Part shown: positions 38,047 through 52,245 of the stretch, in pieces
Layout of the letters: every line of letters begins with the position of its first letter
Numbering within the stretch: position 1 is the first letter of the stretch
Assembly: GCA_973851085.1 (NCBI GenBank)
Contig: OZ316775.1
Coordinates: 17,794,001-17,858,000, forward strand
From: Ptychomitrium polyphyllum
Lineage: Eukaryota
Length of the DNA stretch: 64,000 bases
Direction: 5' to 3'
The notes under the pieces: model-generated
Database searches by the model: none
What the model was told of the DNA's origin: nothing
What the model saw: the letters and a program-made list of their open reading frames with translations, nothing else
Program-made: the position numbers and the translations under genes

Positions 38047-40169
38047 GGGCCGGGTGGTGTGACTGCCAGAAGGCGAGGATGCGAGCGAGGGAGTCGCAGT
38101 ACACTGGACCACTATTCAGGAGGGTTATGCCGTGGTGGACAGAGTTTTACCCGTTGTTGGGTTCAGAGTATCTTATAATAGAATGATCCATTCCCTGTGC
38201 TTTTGATTTTATGTGGACTGGCGGGCGGTGGCGGACCCATCAGGTCGTCCTCCCTGTGGATTGCCTAGTGTTCTTCTTTCTCTTGTGCTTCTTGAGCAGG
38301 CTGCCGCAGTTTCGAGGTGGTGGAGTTTAGTTTTACTAAGTTGCGTTTTCATTCTTTTTACGGTTCTTGATTTTTGTGGGATTCGTTGTTCACCGACCCT
38401 CAGTGCAACTGTTTCGTGTTTAGGAGGTGTTGGTTGTTGTATGTAGGAATTTGGATCGACGCAGTAGGGTAGGTGCTGGTTTTGTTTTGCTCTGGAACTG
38501 TGCGTAACATTCTTTAAGAATGTGAATCTTAATGCTTGTCAGGAGGTTGTCATGGCTATTAGGAGTATCTTACGTTATTTAAAGCTGGGAATGACGAGTG
38601 AAAAGGTCTGAGCCGCCTTATTCTAGCATGACTTGTTTATTTTCGAATCAATGATGTGGTTTTCTTTTAGCAGAGCTAGTTTTTGTTATGATTTTCTTAC
38701 AACGTGATACCTGTAGGTTATTAGAAATGATGTCATTTTGTTTTGTTTGTGATTTGATGAAGCTTTGGAAATGTCTTCTTAGCCATAGTGTGGGATAAAG
38801 AATTTCACTTACTTGATGTCACACTATTGTAATTGGCATAAACACATTTTGTACAGTTTGTAAGATTCTTGATGGCAAATTCAAACGAGTAAGAGTCACT
38901 CACTTACGCCATCTTATTGCAATCCTTGAAAGGAACTCAGCAATAAAATAAACCAGTGGAACCTTGTAGTTGTGTTTGTCACTTATAGGCATCCAAAATG
39001 CCTTAGAGCAGCTTCTTGTATACATTTGATGATTCAGCTATTTTTCCAACTGGATACTGTAGTTGTTTTAGAATTATCTGAACCTCCATGAGCAAAGCCA
39101 CTAAGTCACACTGGAATTACATCAAATTTTATAATGTGATGGAAAGTTGAATTTCAATCCTATGGCCTTGGTCAAATGCAAGAAATGATGGTACACTTTT
39201 ATTATTTTAGAAATAATTTTAGACCAATATATCAAGAATATTATAACAAGGAGATAGCAATTTGGTTGAAAAGTTAATAATTCTTTTTAAAAAAGAATGT
39301 CACATTATCAATAATGTATTAATTTGGATTCTTGAATAAGTGTATTGAAAATTATAATTTTGGTGCAAAGATACAAGAATGTGTCATTCAATTAACATAT
39401 GATTTTAATATCAATAGTCTTGTTTTATTAAACTAGAATATATTTTATGTATCCTATAGTGGTCAGCCTATGATAACGCATTCTATCATCATGTTCATTT
39501 TAATTTGATTCAATATAAATTTTTAACCATTATATCTATATAGATTGAAATATTATGTTCTTCCAATCAATTTGTTATGGATTCAAAGGCAAGGACTTTG
39601 AATTATAGTATTATGTTGTTTGTATGCAAGCTCTCATTAGTGCAAATCAAACACAATATAAACTTTTATTTTCATTTATTTTAAAATACATCTATATGCC
39701 TTTAGGCCCTTTTTTTCTTTTTTTTTTTTTCTTTCTTATTATATAGACATATATGTTAAATATTATACTCTAAGATAAAACAATTATTTGCAATACTTTT
39801 TAAAAAATTACATATAAAATCATAATACAATCTAAAATACAAGCAAATGACTTAAAATGACACTTATTGTTTATATTGATAATTTGTAAATATTATATAT
39901 TTGAACATTCATAGATGTTTTATAGATTATGAAAGTTGAAAATTTAAAAATCTATCTATAATACTAGGATGATTTGTACATAATTTTAAAGGTAGACATC
40001 TATCAATGTATGAAGAATTTTGTAAAAGTGTAGATATGTCAATCACACATTCAATAACTTCAATATTATTATACCAAAGGTTTATAAATAGAAATAAATT
40101 CATTACTTCTAAATTTTATTTCTAGTGAAAATTTTAAAAAATTATTAAAATCAATGATTATAAAATTGT

Positions 40170-40625
40170 ATTACCAGCCTACCGGGTGTTATACCAAGTA
40201 CTACCAAATTTTGTCTATTGATCTTCCCTTATCAGTACTTTTGGACATTTTCCAACAGTAATTACAAGATGATAGTAGTAATTTGTAAGTTCAGACAAAC
40301 AAATATAAGATCTACTATTATAGGATCTTGAATCTAGTATTTAAACCCTGAATTAAGAAAGTTGAGGATGTGTTGTATTTTGCTTTGCCTATGGACAAGT
40401 TATACACTCTATATTCCACTCTTTCATCAACTTCATTTTAGAGTAAATGTTTCTTCTAGCAAATTCTATAGTGTTTTTGTAATTGGATTCTTCAGAATTA
40501 CTATGTCTCTTTCATTCAATAGTATCAACTATAAATTTGTATGGATTGTTATTCCTCAATAATGATTCACTAGTAAAGAACTACCAAGTCTTTGATTACT
40601 CAATAGTTACCGACCTTAACATTTA
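40170..40625. repeat. Old dispersed repeat (solo-LTR-like), copy 2
   Basis: Colinear similarity with 4250..4810. Confidence 0.65.
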
Positions 40626-43399
40626 GCAGCCATACAGTATTTTAAATAGGTTTTTCTTGTTCCTTACCATTCCTTCAATTCTATTTCTCCCTAGCCCTTG
40701 TATGCAATAATAGTCCTCAATACATTCTTTCATAAGAATTTTTATTTTGATCCTTTCAATTCAATTCCTATAGTTTTATTTTTTATGCAACAATCAAAGC
40801 TTTAATCTTTGTGAATACCAATACAGGCTACTACAAATCCAACTTTCTGCACAATATTGCTTCATTTCTTGGAGTATACTATTCCAACTTTATAAGCCAC
40901 CTTCACATCCGTACAGAAGGACCTCCACCTCCTTTAAAACTTACTTCTGCTTAATGTAGCAATTTACACCTAGCATGTACACTTCATTCCCTAGACCTTT
41001 TGTTTCCTACTCTTAATAATTCCTCCTTCCCTTGACTATTACCAATAGATCCACTAGGAAATACCAAACATCCTAGAATTGCCAAAAGCATTTTCCATTC
41101 CCATTTCCTTTAATACCCTTACTCTATGCAACTACCAAATCCACTTGGTAGTCAATATTCTACACATATTCCATGCAATCTTTGGAATCACCTTTCATTC
41201 TTCTACGAACGCATCCGGCAGCTTCATACCTCATTCCAAATTCTATTAAACCAATGGACAGGTGAAAAAGAGGGTTTTGTCTTAATACAAATGCATTCCT
41301 CTCTAGTCTTACAATCAATACCACAAGTATCATCTCCTTTGAATAAATTTGCAACACATCCAATTAATCTAGCTATATACTCTATCCAAACACCACATCT
41401 AGAAGGCCCCTTTAAATGCCCTACTACCAATCAAGGTAGTCAAATATGATGAATTAGCAAAAAATCAAATGACTCATTGCGTAACGGTTGTGATGGACGT
41501 GACGGACATGACAAGAGATATGAGAGACTCACTTAATTTTTTTTCACTGCAATCTGTTCATAGTTTTTACTTTTACTTGGCCAACCCGAAATACATCTAC
41601 TTGGACATTGCATAAATCCAAGGTGGACTAAAGAGAATTTTTTTTCAAATGTTGATGATGACATGGACAGAAAAAAAAAAAAAAACAACTTGCTTTTAAT
41701 AAAAAATCCATGTGGACTTTTCAGCTGCAATTGATAATAAGATTGCAACTGCAAATAATAAGATGGCGACTATAAATAACGGGATGGCAATTACATATAG
41801 TAAGATGGCAAGTGTGGATAATGGATGGAAACTGCAAGTAATGATATAGTGATTATTGTTGTACGTAAAGCAATTGCTTTTGTGATTGAAGCATTTTGCG
41901 ACTAGAGTAAATAAAGCATATAAGATCATTTCATATTTCAATACAAACCACATACTCTTCTTCAAATGTAAAATTGAGGTGTTTAATAGCTTTTATTAAA
42001 AAATAAACAAAAGGCCTCCTATTTAAAAGCAAAGGCTCTTCATCATTACTATATTCAAAAGTATCAAAGTACGTACATATGTTTATAAAGCAATTTTTTT
42101 TGTAGATATTAAAATCTCAAAATTACATCAAAAGGTGATTAAATCCATGCTCGAAGAGACCACTTGAAGCTAGTAAGCTATTTCTTTCCTATGCAAACGC
42201 CTTGCCTTTGATGATTCACCAACACTTGTGTGAAGCAAGTAATTATCATCATCAAGTACCTCATTAATCTTTGGATCCGTGCTGTCCATTGATTCATCTA
42301 TGTTCATATTGTTATCTCTTCCACTATCATTATGGCCTCTTTTGAAATTATGTGGAACCACTTCATCCACCTTTGAGGAGAAATTTTGTATTTATGTATC
42401 AAATTGGACTTCATCATAAGTATTGACAATTCTCTTATCTTTGAATCATCCATGATACCATTTTACTTTTGTGGATGAATATTATTTCCAATTAAAGACC
42501 TTGGTACTACAATCCTTGTATTTTGGATTGAAGGATGTTATTTTCCAATGAAGGTCCTTGTTACAGTAGGCCTTACCATCATGGACTACGGAAATGCAGC
42601 TTGAGATTTTAGTGCATGCTTCTCTCTTCTTGTGATGCGGTTTCTCTTTTGAGAGGATCCTACACTACTTTCAAGTGGGATAGGATTAAAATTTTCCCTT
42701 GTCTTTGGAAGTACAATACTTCCGCTATTTCTCTCTAGATTCTTTAATAGTTCCAATAATGTGGTGCCTACAGAAGACACTATATTTGTAGCTAACCTTA
42801 GAAACAAAGATGCCAAAGATATTTCTCCATTTGAATCTGCATCAAGCACTGTTGTTGCATTTCCTTTCCCTTTTGCACATGGTGGTGTGGAGTGGATGAT
42901 GTCTTTATTGCAAACTCCACAATCAATGACATACCAATAATTTCTTTTTCCTTGTCCTATCTCAAGTGTAAGCGGATTTTCATCTTTTACAGTTGTACCA
43001 TGATTTAGTTGAATGTTGTTGCTTTTATAGCAACGCCTTTGCCCACTAACCAAGGATGTCCAATATTCTCCACTGTCATTGTGGTTACTTCATGTTGTTT
43101 CTTAATCATTGTCTTCAAAATTGGTTCCAATGCCTCTGCCACTTCTACTAAGAGGTTTGTTGTTGTTTTTAGTAAATATAAAGACATGATTGCCCATGCT
43201 AGATTTGCGCTCCACACTATTATTGAAATCCATGTTCCAGCCACTTGGATTTGGCAATGAAGGATTACCTTTGTTTTTGTCACCATGCCCATTGTCACCA
43301 CCCCCTTTATTATTCCCTCAGCTGATTGTTTCATCCTCTAGATTGAAATCTTCCAAAACAACATTTGAAATATACCATGCACTTGGATTTGCACCCTGC

Positions 43400-44760
43400 C
43401 TCTCTTTTAATAATTTGATATTATTATAGATGTATATCAAAGCCTTAGCATTTGTTATCTCCAATCAATTCTTCACTTTGCTATGGACAAAAGAATACAT
43501 GCTCCAATTCCTCTTGTACGATGAGGAAGAGCAAGTTAACAACAAGGTGCACTTTACAATGATTGGAAATGCGTTTGCTCCAATACAATTCCACTACTAA
43601 TGTGGTAGCTCGTTCAAGTCATGTGCACTTGGAGCTTTTTTTGGACTGAAGGATCCATTAGATTCTTCAAAAACTGTGAAGTCTTGCATGGCCTTGACAT
43701 GGGGCAAAAATTGGCGGAACAAGGCCATGGGCGCATGATGTCCCCGCATGTACTTATTCATGCGCCGTCTTCTAGCCACAAGCTCTTTCACCCAAATTTC
43801 TTTTCTCCAATCTCCAAAAGGAGGTCTAATATGTGGAAACAACATCCTTGAACATACATGTTGAAAAATCTATCACTTAAGAGCTTCAAGGCCCCCAACA
43901 TAGTTGATGCATTGTCCGTACAAGTTTAAGACACATTCTCTAAGCCAATTTTGTTGATGTACTAGGCCATAGATTTTGCAATATATTGCTTTGTCTTTTA
44001 TTTCTTATGGTGTCAATGGAATTAAGAAACACGTCTTTGGCTGGGTATACCATTATGACATTCATAAGAGGCCTCCTTGTCACATTGTCTCATCCGTCAG
44101 CACATATAGTAATTCCATATGTTTTAATGGAGTGGTTAGTGGCCGCTCCAACTTTCTCTTCAATGTTTCTTCTTGCTAGGGCTATTAAATTTCTTCTCAT
44201 GGTATGATAGGACAGAGGTTGATAATTCATTGCTGCCTTTGCAATCTTCTGCATTGCTTTAAGGAATGAAGGATGATGTGCCTCATTGAATGCAACATTT
44301 GCTTCATAAAAGAATGAAGACCATAGATGATCTAATTCCTTGCGCTTTGAAAGTGCCCATGCTTTGTTCATATTTTATTGTTGCAAAGTACGCGGAGCAC
44401 TTGAAGAAGATTGCAAAGATAGCCTATTTGATGCAAATGAACCATTGACTGTACAAATGATATGCTCTTTAGGCAAAGATGCCATCTTTTCTAGAATGCT
44501 TTGACTTCTAGGGCCACTTTGAGAGGGTCCTTCATTCTTACATTGCTTATCTCCATTACCATGTATTTCATATTTATCATGGGACCTGGAACAATTCTTG
44601 GGCAATTTAGGAATTTCATGCGCATTGTAGTCAGTAATTTCTCACATATGCTCTTTATAATCTCCTTCCATCTATAGTGTGCAAATGCCCTTTCTTTCAT
44701 CCAACTCATTTTCTTCCCACAAAAGAAGCATTAAACACAACTCTAAATGGTTTTATATGG
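43400..44760 (-). pseudogene. Decayed hAT transposase (BED-like finger, DUF659-type core, C-terminal dimerisation domain)
   Basis: CFFCGKKMSW...AHY near 44680..44730; LWSSFFYEANVAFN...PSF...YQPLSYHTMR...YGITICADG (44090..44371) followed by DNVTRRPLMNV; TCSSSSYKRNWSMYSFVHSKVKN*L at ~43460..43540. Multiple stops and frameshifts. Confidence 0.85.
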
Positions 44761-47700
44761 CAGCTTCCTAAATCACGGTATTCAATATGTGGTTGCACCG
44801 GTCAACAACATGGCATGGTTTTAACAAGTGCATTATAAAGATCCATGAAGCCTAATATTTAAGAGTTTTAATCTTATATTTTAGTAAGTATAAAATACAG
44901 GGCACTACAAACTACAAGTAAGAAATTGCAATAATTTTAATCATAAGACATGTGCCATGTCCAATTTTTTGATCTTACACAAAGATTCAATTCCAATTCC
45001 AACTTGCAAATTCAAAAATGGGCTCAAAGTCACTTAAAAATTTGGGGCTTTCTCTTAAGTAACCCTAGTCCAAATAGATTATTGAGCAACTAGATTTGAA
45101 GCACGGATTGCACATAAGGCCTACAGACAAACAATAGGTGCGCACTGAGGACTACGTTGTATTAATGCAACTCATCACTATCAACAATTTTTACACCCGA
45201 CTAGACCTTTCAACCTTGTCAACTGCAATTTTCAAAATCTGGCAACTACAGGATTTCAACCATTGCTGCGCCATTGCTAATACCAAATTATGCAATAGCA
45301 AGTTGCAAATTTGGCAACTGCACTTTTCCAACTGCAACATTGTGCAAGTTGTTCACTGCTAAGACTATGACCACGTTTGATAACTTAGCAATTGTAGGCT
45401 AGGAACATAGCAACTGCGGATTGGAAACCAATTAATTGCAGATTGAAAACTAAGCAACTGTGGGTTGGTAACTCACTAATGGCGGGTTGATATGAACTAA
45501 AATATCCTCTCACTAATTGAAATGATCCCTACCTCACATGTTTCTTTTTATATTGATGTATATTAAGCGTTTTGTAGTATTTGTGATGGATCTCTAACCT
45601 ATTTAACTTTTAATGAGCAAATTTAATGGTTGCTATTTTTGATAGTCTAACTAGAAATGTTTAGCTTCAATTATCTTATATAACTAAGTGGCTAGTAACT
45701 ACCATGATTAGTGGTTAAAAAATGTGAGCCTAATAAGCACTTTAATTTTGGTAGCTCACTAGAAGTGTTCAACTTATCCTATGGAACTACTTAATTACCA
45801 ATTGATAATTTCTTGTATGTGTTTCATTTTCCACTCTTTGGTGAGTCACTTGCTTACAAGCTTTAATAAGACCTCCAATTGTCATGCAATTCTAATATGG
45901 GTCCTCTTGTCTAGTTGTTCTTTACTCTCTGTTTCACCCTTGCTTCACAGATCGCGATGGATCTTCACGTGATAGTTCTCTACTCTATTGGTTCCTCTTT
46001 TGGAAATCTCAATCATATTAGCCTTGCATTTCCGCTACCGCGGTATTGTTTTTGGGAAGAAGGGAAAAAAAGAACAACTACAAAGTTCTAACTAATTAAG
46101 GTTGCCTTCCGCTTCTACACTCTTACAACACTTGCTAACTCTTATACCACCTATTTCTTCCTAAAACTGCTGCATCAACCTTAATTCTTGCTTACTTCTT
46201 TTCCACTTTTATCAAATTTACTTGCTACCCTCTCAATCCCTCAAACACTCTTCCTCCAAGACTTTCTTCTAAAAAGACTTCTTCCTCCCCTTCTACTACT
46301 AATTCAATTCTTTATAATTCCAATTCTCTAAATCTTGCTCCTCCAAGCCCCCTTCAAACTACCCTAATTACTCCTTAAATATTCTCCTCTGATTCTTGAA
46401 TTTCCTAATCAAATTGTAATTAAACTTTTTCTTATTTCTAGAATTTTTAAATTTAGCTGTAGTTCTAAAATCAACAACTGTTTGGAATTTTGACCATCCT
46501 TCTAAATTTAGCTGGATTTCTAAAATCAACAACAATGTATCTCAATTGTAGGATTCATCTTTCTTTCTATACTTCCATTCTTGCTTTGGCCTTAAGTAAA
46601 ACCATGAACATTTGTCCATTTGCCCTTTACTTCTTTTAATAACAACTATATTTTAACTTCTTTTGCCCTAATTAGACCTAATCTCTTCTACAACGTTAAA
46701 TTTTGTCATTTTTTAAGAGAAAATTTACAATGAGCTGATTCTACAGCTCACAACATGGATAGAATGGCTCATCTTCCATTTAGTGAAAATAGTACGTATG
46801 CAATATCTGCACTTTAAAGTTTTCAAAAAAAAAGAATTGATTTTAAACATTACATAGCACATCATTCTTATCTTTGCCATTATTTAGATATGTGGGAATT
46901 TTGTACATGTCTAATGTATCTTTGTAGTGAAGAGATTTTTCTATCTACAAGTTTTACTACAAGGCTTATGCAAGATTGCATATAGTCAAAATTCAAATTA
47001 TGCAAAATACTTTTGCAATATTTATTAGGAAAATATGATTTTTAAGTATGGAATTAAATTTCTCAACATATTCAATCCTTTAGTAAAAAAAAATATTCTT
47101 TATAAGGAAAATAAAGACAAAATTTATTAAGCAAATAAAAATTTACTATTACTTAATATACTTGTAATTTTAAAAAGTGACAACATGCCTTTTCTATATG
47201 ATGGTACTTGAATACCATATTAGTTATCAAATAAATATGCATAATAAACACATTCTTAAGTAACTCCTTTAGTTCAACATGGATCCTTGCTAATCAATTA
47301 TGACTACAATGATATATAAATGAAGATGAATGCTACAATAATGTCTTTGTAATCAAATAAGTTAAAAAAGATTGGGAAGAAATGACTAAAATATTTGTAG
47401 GTCAAGTTCAATGTCAACTTCATCTTTTATTGCATTACATAATTGTCGGTAATGAATCTAATTGTCAATTTCTACATAAAGCTCAAATTTTTAATATGGA
47501 ATTAGTGATCATTAAACAAATAATAGATTAGCAACTAAAGTTGTAGCAAACTCATACAAAATCCTCAATTCTTATCAATAGGTACAACATGGCTAGAAAT
47601 CCTTCTGCTATAAGGACAAATCTAATATCTAGAAGGTAGAGTTGAAAGAAGTGGTGTTAAACATGCCAACTACCAACCACATCAACAATAATCATACAAT

Positions 47701-49040
47701 AGTATAGTAGTGGTTCCCTTCTACTCACTACATACAAAACAAGGAAGACTAGCTACCACAATTGCTTGCTTAAGATGCATAGTATCATTAATAGAAGATG
47801 GCATGGAACACAATTCTTAGAATGTTGCTAGTACTTCCAAGCATTCTAAGAATCAAATACAACATACTATTAAACAACACATTCTTCACAAAAAAAATCA
47901 AATACTTCAACTTAACATTGAAAGTAATTGGCGCCTCACATTATCATATCACAATGAAGTATATATAGAATTAAAAAAATCCAAACTATATAAATATAAT
48001 AAGTTTTATAAAATTACATTAAAAAAAATTAAAAAATTAAAATAAAGGAAATAAAATAGAATGATTTGAAGAAATCATGGTAATAACCACAAATTTTGAT
48101 ATGTATAATGCATCTTGTCACAAGATCATAGAGATGGATAGTGCCAATTGATTATTAATCTTATTTCATTAGCAACTCCAAGGGGCAAGTCTATAAACTA
48201 CTCAATAAACCATCAAGATCCAAATCTAGACCAAATTGTGTGAAATCTTAGTTAATTGGTTTTCCACATCTTAGCAACCAAACTTATATGCCCTATACTT
48301 TGATTCTTATCTCCATCCTAGTTCCAACATTTCTTTTTTATTTCTTTGTATTTTTCTTTTATTGAAATTTTTTTGTATATTTTTGTAACCGTAGTCTAAG
48401 AATTAATGTTGTGAATAAAAATTAAAAGAGAAGTATTGAAAGAAAATATTTGAAATGATAAGATGAAACTAAAACCATAGCATTTATTGATTGGATAAGA
48501 AAGTCAAAAGAAATAGATAAGCCAAAATAGAAGGAGCATAGTAAGGAACAAGTTGGAGTATACTTGGCCCTTGAGATAATTAAAGAAAATTAGGACCTTA
48601 GAAAAAGAGGATATTAAGAAAAATATAATTGGGGGCTTGAATTGAGCTATATAGAACAAAATTTAGAGACTCATATTTTAAGCAATAGAAGGAGGTTGAA
48701 GAAGTTTTTGTGTGAGATTTTTAAAAATTGTTTAAATTAAGATATACAGTATGTGTATAAAGTTTCAAATCTTGAATTATGTTAAAAGATGAGGTATGAA
48801 ATAATGAAGTGGACAAGGTCTAGAAATAATAGCAACAAAAAACAAGGCCTTTGAAAAAACAATGCTCTAGTAAATACTACAACAATGGCAATTGGATTTT
48901 GTAGGTAACATATTGATTATATTGAAACAATTGTGTCAAGATGTTAAGATACTTCTAATCTTGGAGATACCAAAATAAATTCATATAGGGTTTTGAAGGC
49001 AATAGAGAGGTAAAAGGTAAAATGGAAAATTTGAATCTTT

Positions 49041-49210
49041 GGAATGATGATAGATGAAGTTTGGTATAAAATAAAGTTTGTAAAAATGTTATACTTTATT
49101 ACACTAATGCAAAGGAAGACCTAGTTTTGCATCTTCTTTTGCATCTAGTTAATCAAGTGTAACATTTTTACAAACTTTATTTCATACCAAATTTCATTCT
49201 TCAACATTGC
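49041..49210. repeat. ~170-bp imperfect foldback (MITE-like hairpin)
   Basis: ATGAAGTTTGGTATAAAATAAAGTTTGTAAAAATGTTATACTT pairs with AAGTGTAACATTTTTACAAACTTTATTTCATACCAAATTTCAT, and pairing continues inward to a loop of ~10 nt. Confidence 0.8.
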
Positions 49211-49583
49211 ACTATTTGTATGATGTTTTTTTAAAACAAAGAAAAATCAAACAGTTGGATAGATTACTTGCTGTAAATTATCAACATTTGAACAGTGTAC
49301 ACGGTTATGCAAAATAGGTGGAAATTTTTGATACCTAGCCGCTTGACTTCTCGACTATATAAACCATTTACAAATTGCTGTGTATAAAACTGGACCAGAC
49401 TGCTCTGAAATCTAGCTAGAAAACATCTCATAACCTATATGCTACTACAGATATACAACCTGCAACCAGGTGTGTTTCGTTTAAGGAAAACATATCTCTT
49501 TTTCGTCATTGTCGTTTCCTACTGCTAACCAGGGAAGCAATTTTTTGTCTTTTTGCGTGTAATCAACGTGGTCATACATAGGC

Positions 49584-52245
49584 CTAATCTTCAGAAGGTT
49601 CTGGAAGAAATTTGAACCGAGAAGTTCCAACATCCACTACGTCGTCCTTCGACGCATTAGAGAAGAATTTCCTTGTTCCTGTACAGTGTTGTTGATTGCA
49701 AGATATTATTCATATGTCCATCAACAGACTTGAAAAACAGGGTTAATTGGTCAATTAATTAATGATCATCCCAACTGGTTAAGGCATGCGTACCTGCAGG
49801 AATGATGCGAGAAGGGGATAATATTTCATCAAAAGAAGACTTGTATAATTCAGACCCAAGCTTGCTTTGTATCCAACCCTTGCCACCATCATAGCCATCG
49901 ACAACGACCCAGGTGTTCTTAAAGCCTAATTCCGATAGTGACCTTGCTATAATCTTCGCAATATTTCCAGTTCTGGATACAGAACCACATGATGCCCACA
50001 GTGAGAATGAGTTAACTCATCACAGAAATAGAAAGAAGACCAAAAAATAGTGCACAGAACTCAAATAAGTGGTATTCATGAAGCCGAGAGATGGGCAATA
50101 GAGACTTACGAGTCAATAATGACAATCTTTGAAGCTTTGTTTAATCTCTTCAAAGCGGAGATTTTCAAAGCCGCTATCTCTGCCTCCACTTTACGAACAT
50201 CTCGCAGCTGTCCCTTCACTTTTCCTGGCAGCTCTTTGATGCTGTTGATTGGGATAAGAAATAAGCCTATGATGTGCAATCAAATGTTGAACAAAACAAA
50301 AAGTAACACCAAACTTCTTCTACAGTTTAGCTGGAAGGAAGGATGTTGCTGGTACCAGGTTGCCTCAAGATTAAGAAAATTGAGTCATTTCAGACAAAAC
50401 ATCCAGTAAGACTGACACTTACGGGACAGGCAGAATCTTGTTCTTGGCGTTCCTGGGCAAACTGGGTACACCCGATTTGGACTTCTCTCTGTCAGTTCTA
50501 ACATCAATTAGAGTGTAATTCTCCTTGACAACCAAGTCTAATGCCTGGGGCGCAGTTAGATCACCTGCAAGTTCAATACAAACAACAACAAGCGTCATTT
50601 CCGGCTCACGTGACAGGGTACAAGACAAACATTTACTACATATCAAGCAATGCCACATTTAGGTTATATTTGGTGCCTTAAAATGAAACGACTCAGGCAC
50701 ACACCACAAGAATTTTTCACAAATTATAGACAAATCAAGTTCGCCTGGGATAAGATTCTGATTACAATAGAGTTGTGTAACACACAGAGGTAACATAAAA
50801 ATCGGCTTGCGAGACACGTACCCTTGTAACCCCGAGCTGCATAAGACACACTTGAGAGCAAAGGGGGTGCCAAAAAATAAACAAGCAGCAAGGCTCCCGC
50901 TCCAGTGGCCAACACGAGGGGATCAGAGGCCAGTATACTCTCGAAGGTGCTAAGAGCATATGGTTGGGCAGCTTCTATGTACCTCTCAGCCTGCCCAGCT
51001 GCCTCTCCTGCAACAGAAACAACTGACTGCAAGCGCCAGAACCAGATTTAATACATTGAAAAACCATTGGTAGAAATCAAGCAGGCAAACACTTCGAGAG
51101 CAAAGATGAAGGGAGATAAAATGCCATTGCAGCCAAAGCCATATTAAAACCCTCAAAACCAAACGTAATCCAGGCCACAGACTGATCTTCTGATATTCAA
51201 ATTCAAAGTCATAACATTACCTTGGCAACATCCACAACCGGTTTCGGGTCGACACCCACACCTTGGAGCGCCTTCTCGGCCTGTTGCTCCAAGTCTGTGG
51301 CTATAGGTACCGCAGCTCTATACGCTGTATCTGCAGTCTGCTGGATATATGGAGTAGCCACATCCACCCCGGGTTTAACAATAGTGTACAGTTGCTGAAG
51401 CGCATCTCTAACCACGCCAATTGCATTCCCTGCTGTCTGTGTCGCTTGGGAGGTGACAGATTGCACCTGAGCAACATGAGTCAGAGTGTATTCCAACCCC
51501 TATACAAGACGTATATTCTGACGATTAACAATTCATAGCAGAATCAGGACCTGAATGCGTCTTCACCTCCTTAAAAATTTAGATTACGAAGAAGCAACTC
51601 TGATGGACCTTATATGTTTGTCTTCAATTTGACACGACCACATGATCAATATAAAATTATTCAAGCCAACCGCAGACGTGGAATTTTTATATGCTCTAAG
51701 TGTATATTATACTGTAGAGTACATGCTTGCATCCAAGTAGTGTGCAAATCGAATGGTTTCTTACAAACAATCATCAACATGGACGAAACCCACATCAAGG
51801 GGGAAAGAAAGCGAAGTGATTGTCTGTGTTGTCCGACATGTGCGCTTCAAAACACAACAAACTGAGGCAATCCCAAACCTAGCTTTTATCAGGGTTTATG
51901 CATGCAAAATTCAGAACGGAGTGAAATCCAAGTGAAATTCAAGCAGCTCACTTTGTAAAAAGCCCCAGTGACATCTTCACTAGTGAGGGCATTCGCTGCA
52001 TTCGCATTCATGAACAAGGTTGAAGCGATGGTTGCAGGGGCCACCACAGATGCCGTCTCAGATTTCTGCTGCTCCTTCAGTTGTGAGGAGGCTCGCAAGT
52101 ATGCTGGTGTTCCACTCGAATGATATAATTTCTTCGACCGCCCAAGCGCAACCTGCACGTCCAAGTTTTGGGAAAAACCCTGCAGTATAGCCGCCTTGCT
52201 CCCACAAATGGCGACCACTTGCATTACCCTCATTGCTTGCGCCAT
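49584..52245 (-). CDS. CAS: Chloroplast calcium-sensing receptor (CAS)-like, rhodanese-domain thylakoid protein. Exons 52245-51952, 51466-51221, 51026-50822, 50564-50423, 50241-50110, 49972-49794, 49678-49584 (430 aa)
   Basis: Transit-like N-terminus ending ANA-LT, one transmembrane segment (LVLATGAGALLLVYFLAPPLLS), then RGYKGDLTAPQALD...LIDVRT...GVPSLP...KVEAEIAALKIS.LKR...IARSL..LGFKNTWVVVDGYDGGKGWIQSKLG...LSPSRIIPA. GT-AG introns, continuous frame. Confidence 0.92.

Noticed and set aside
40640..41450. Short ORFs possibly from a retroelement
   Set aside because: I could not recognise diagnostic motifs, so no call is made.
42170..43334. Minus-strand ORFs downstream of the hAT dimerisation domain as an independent gene
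   Set aside because: Fragmented, mostly non-ATG starts and no domain; more simply the decayed tail or interior of the hAT element.
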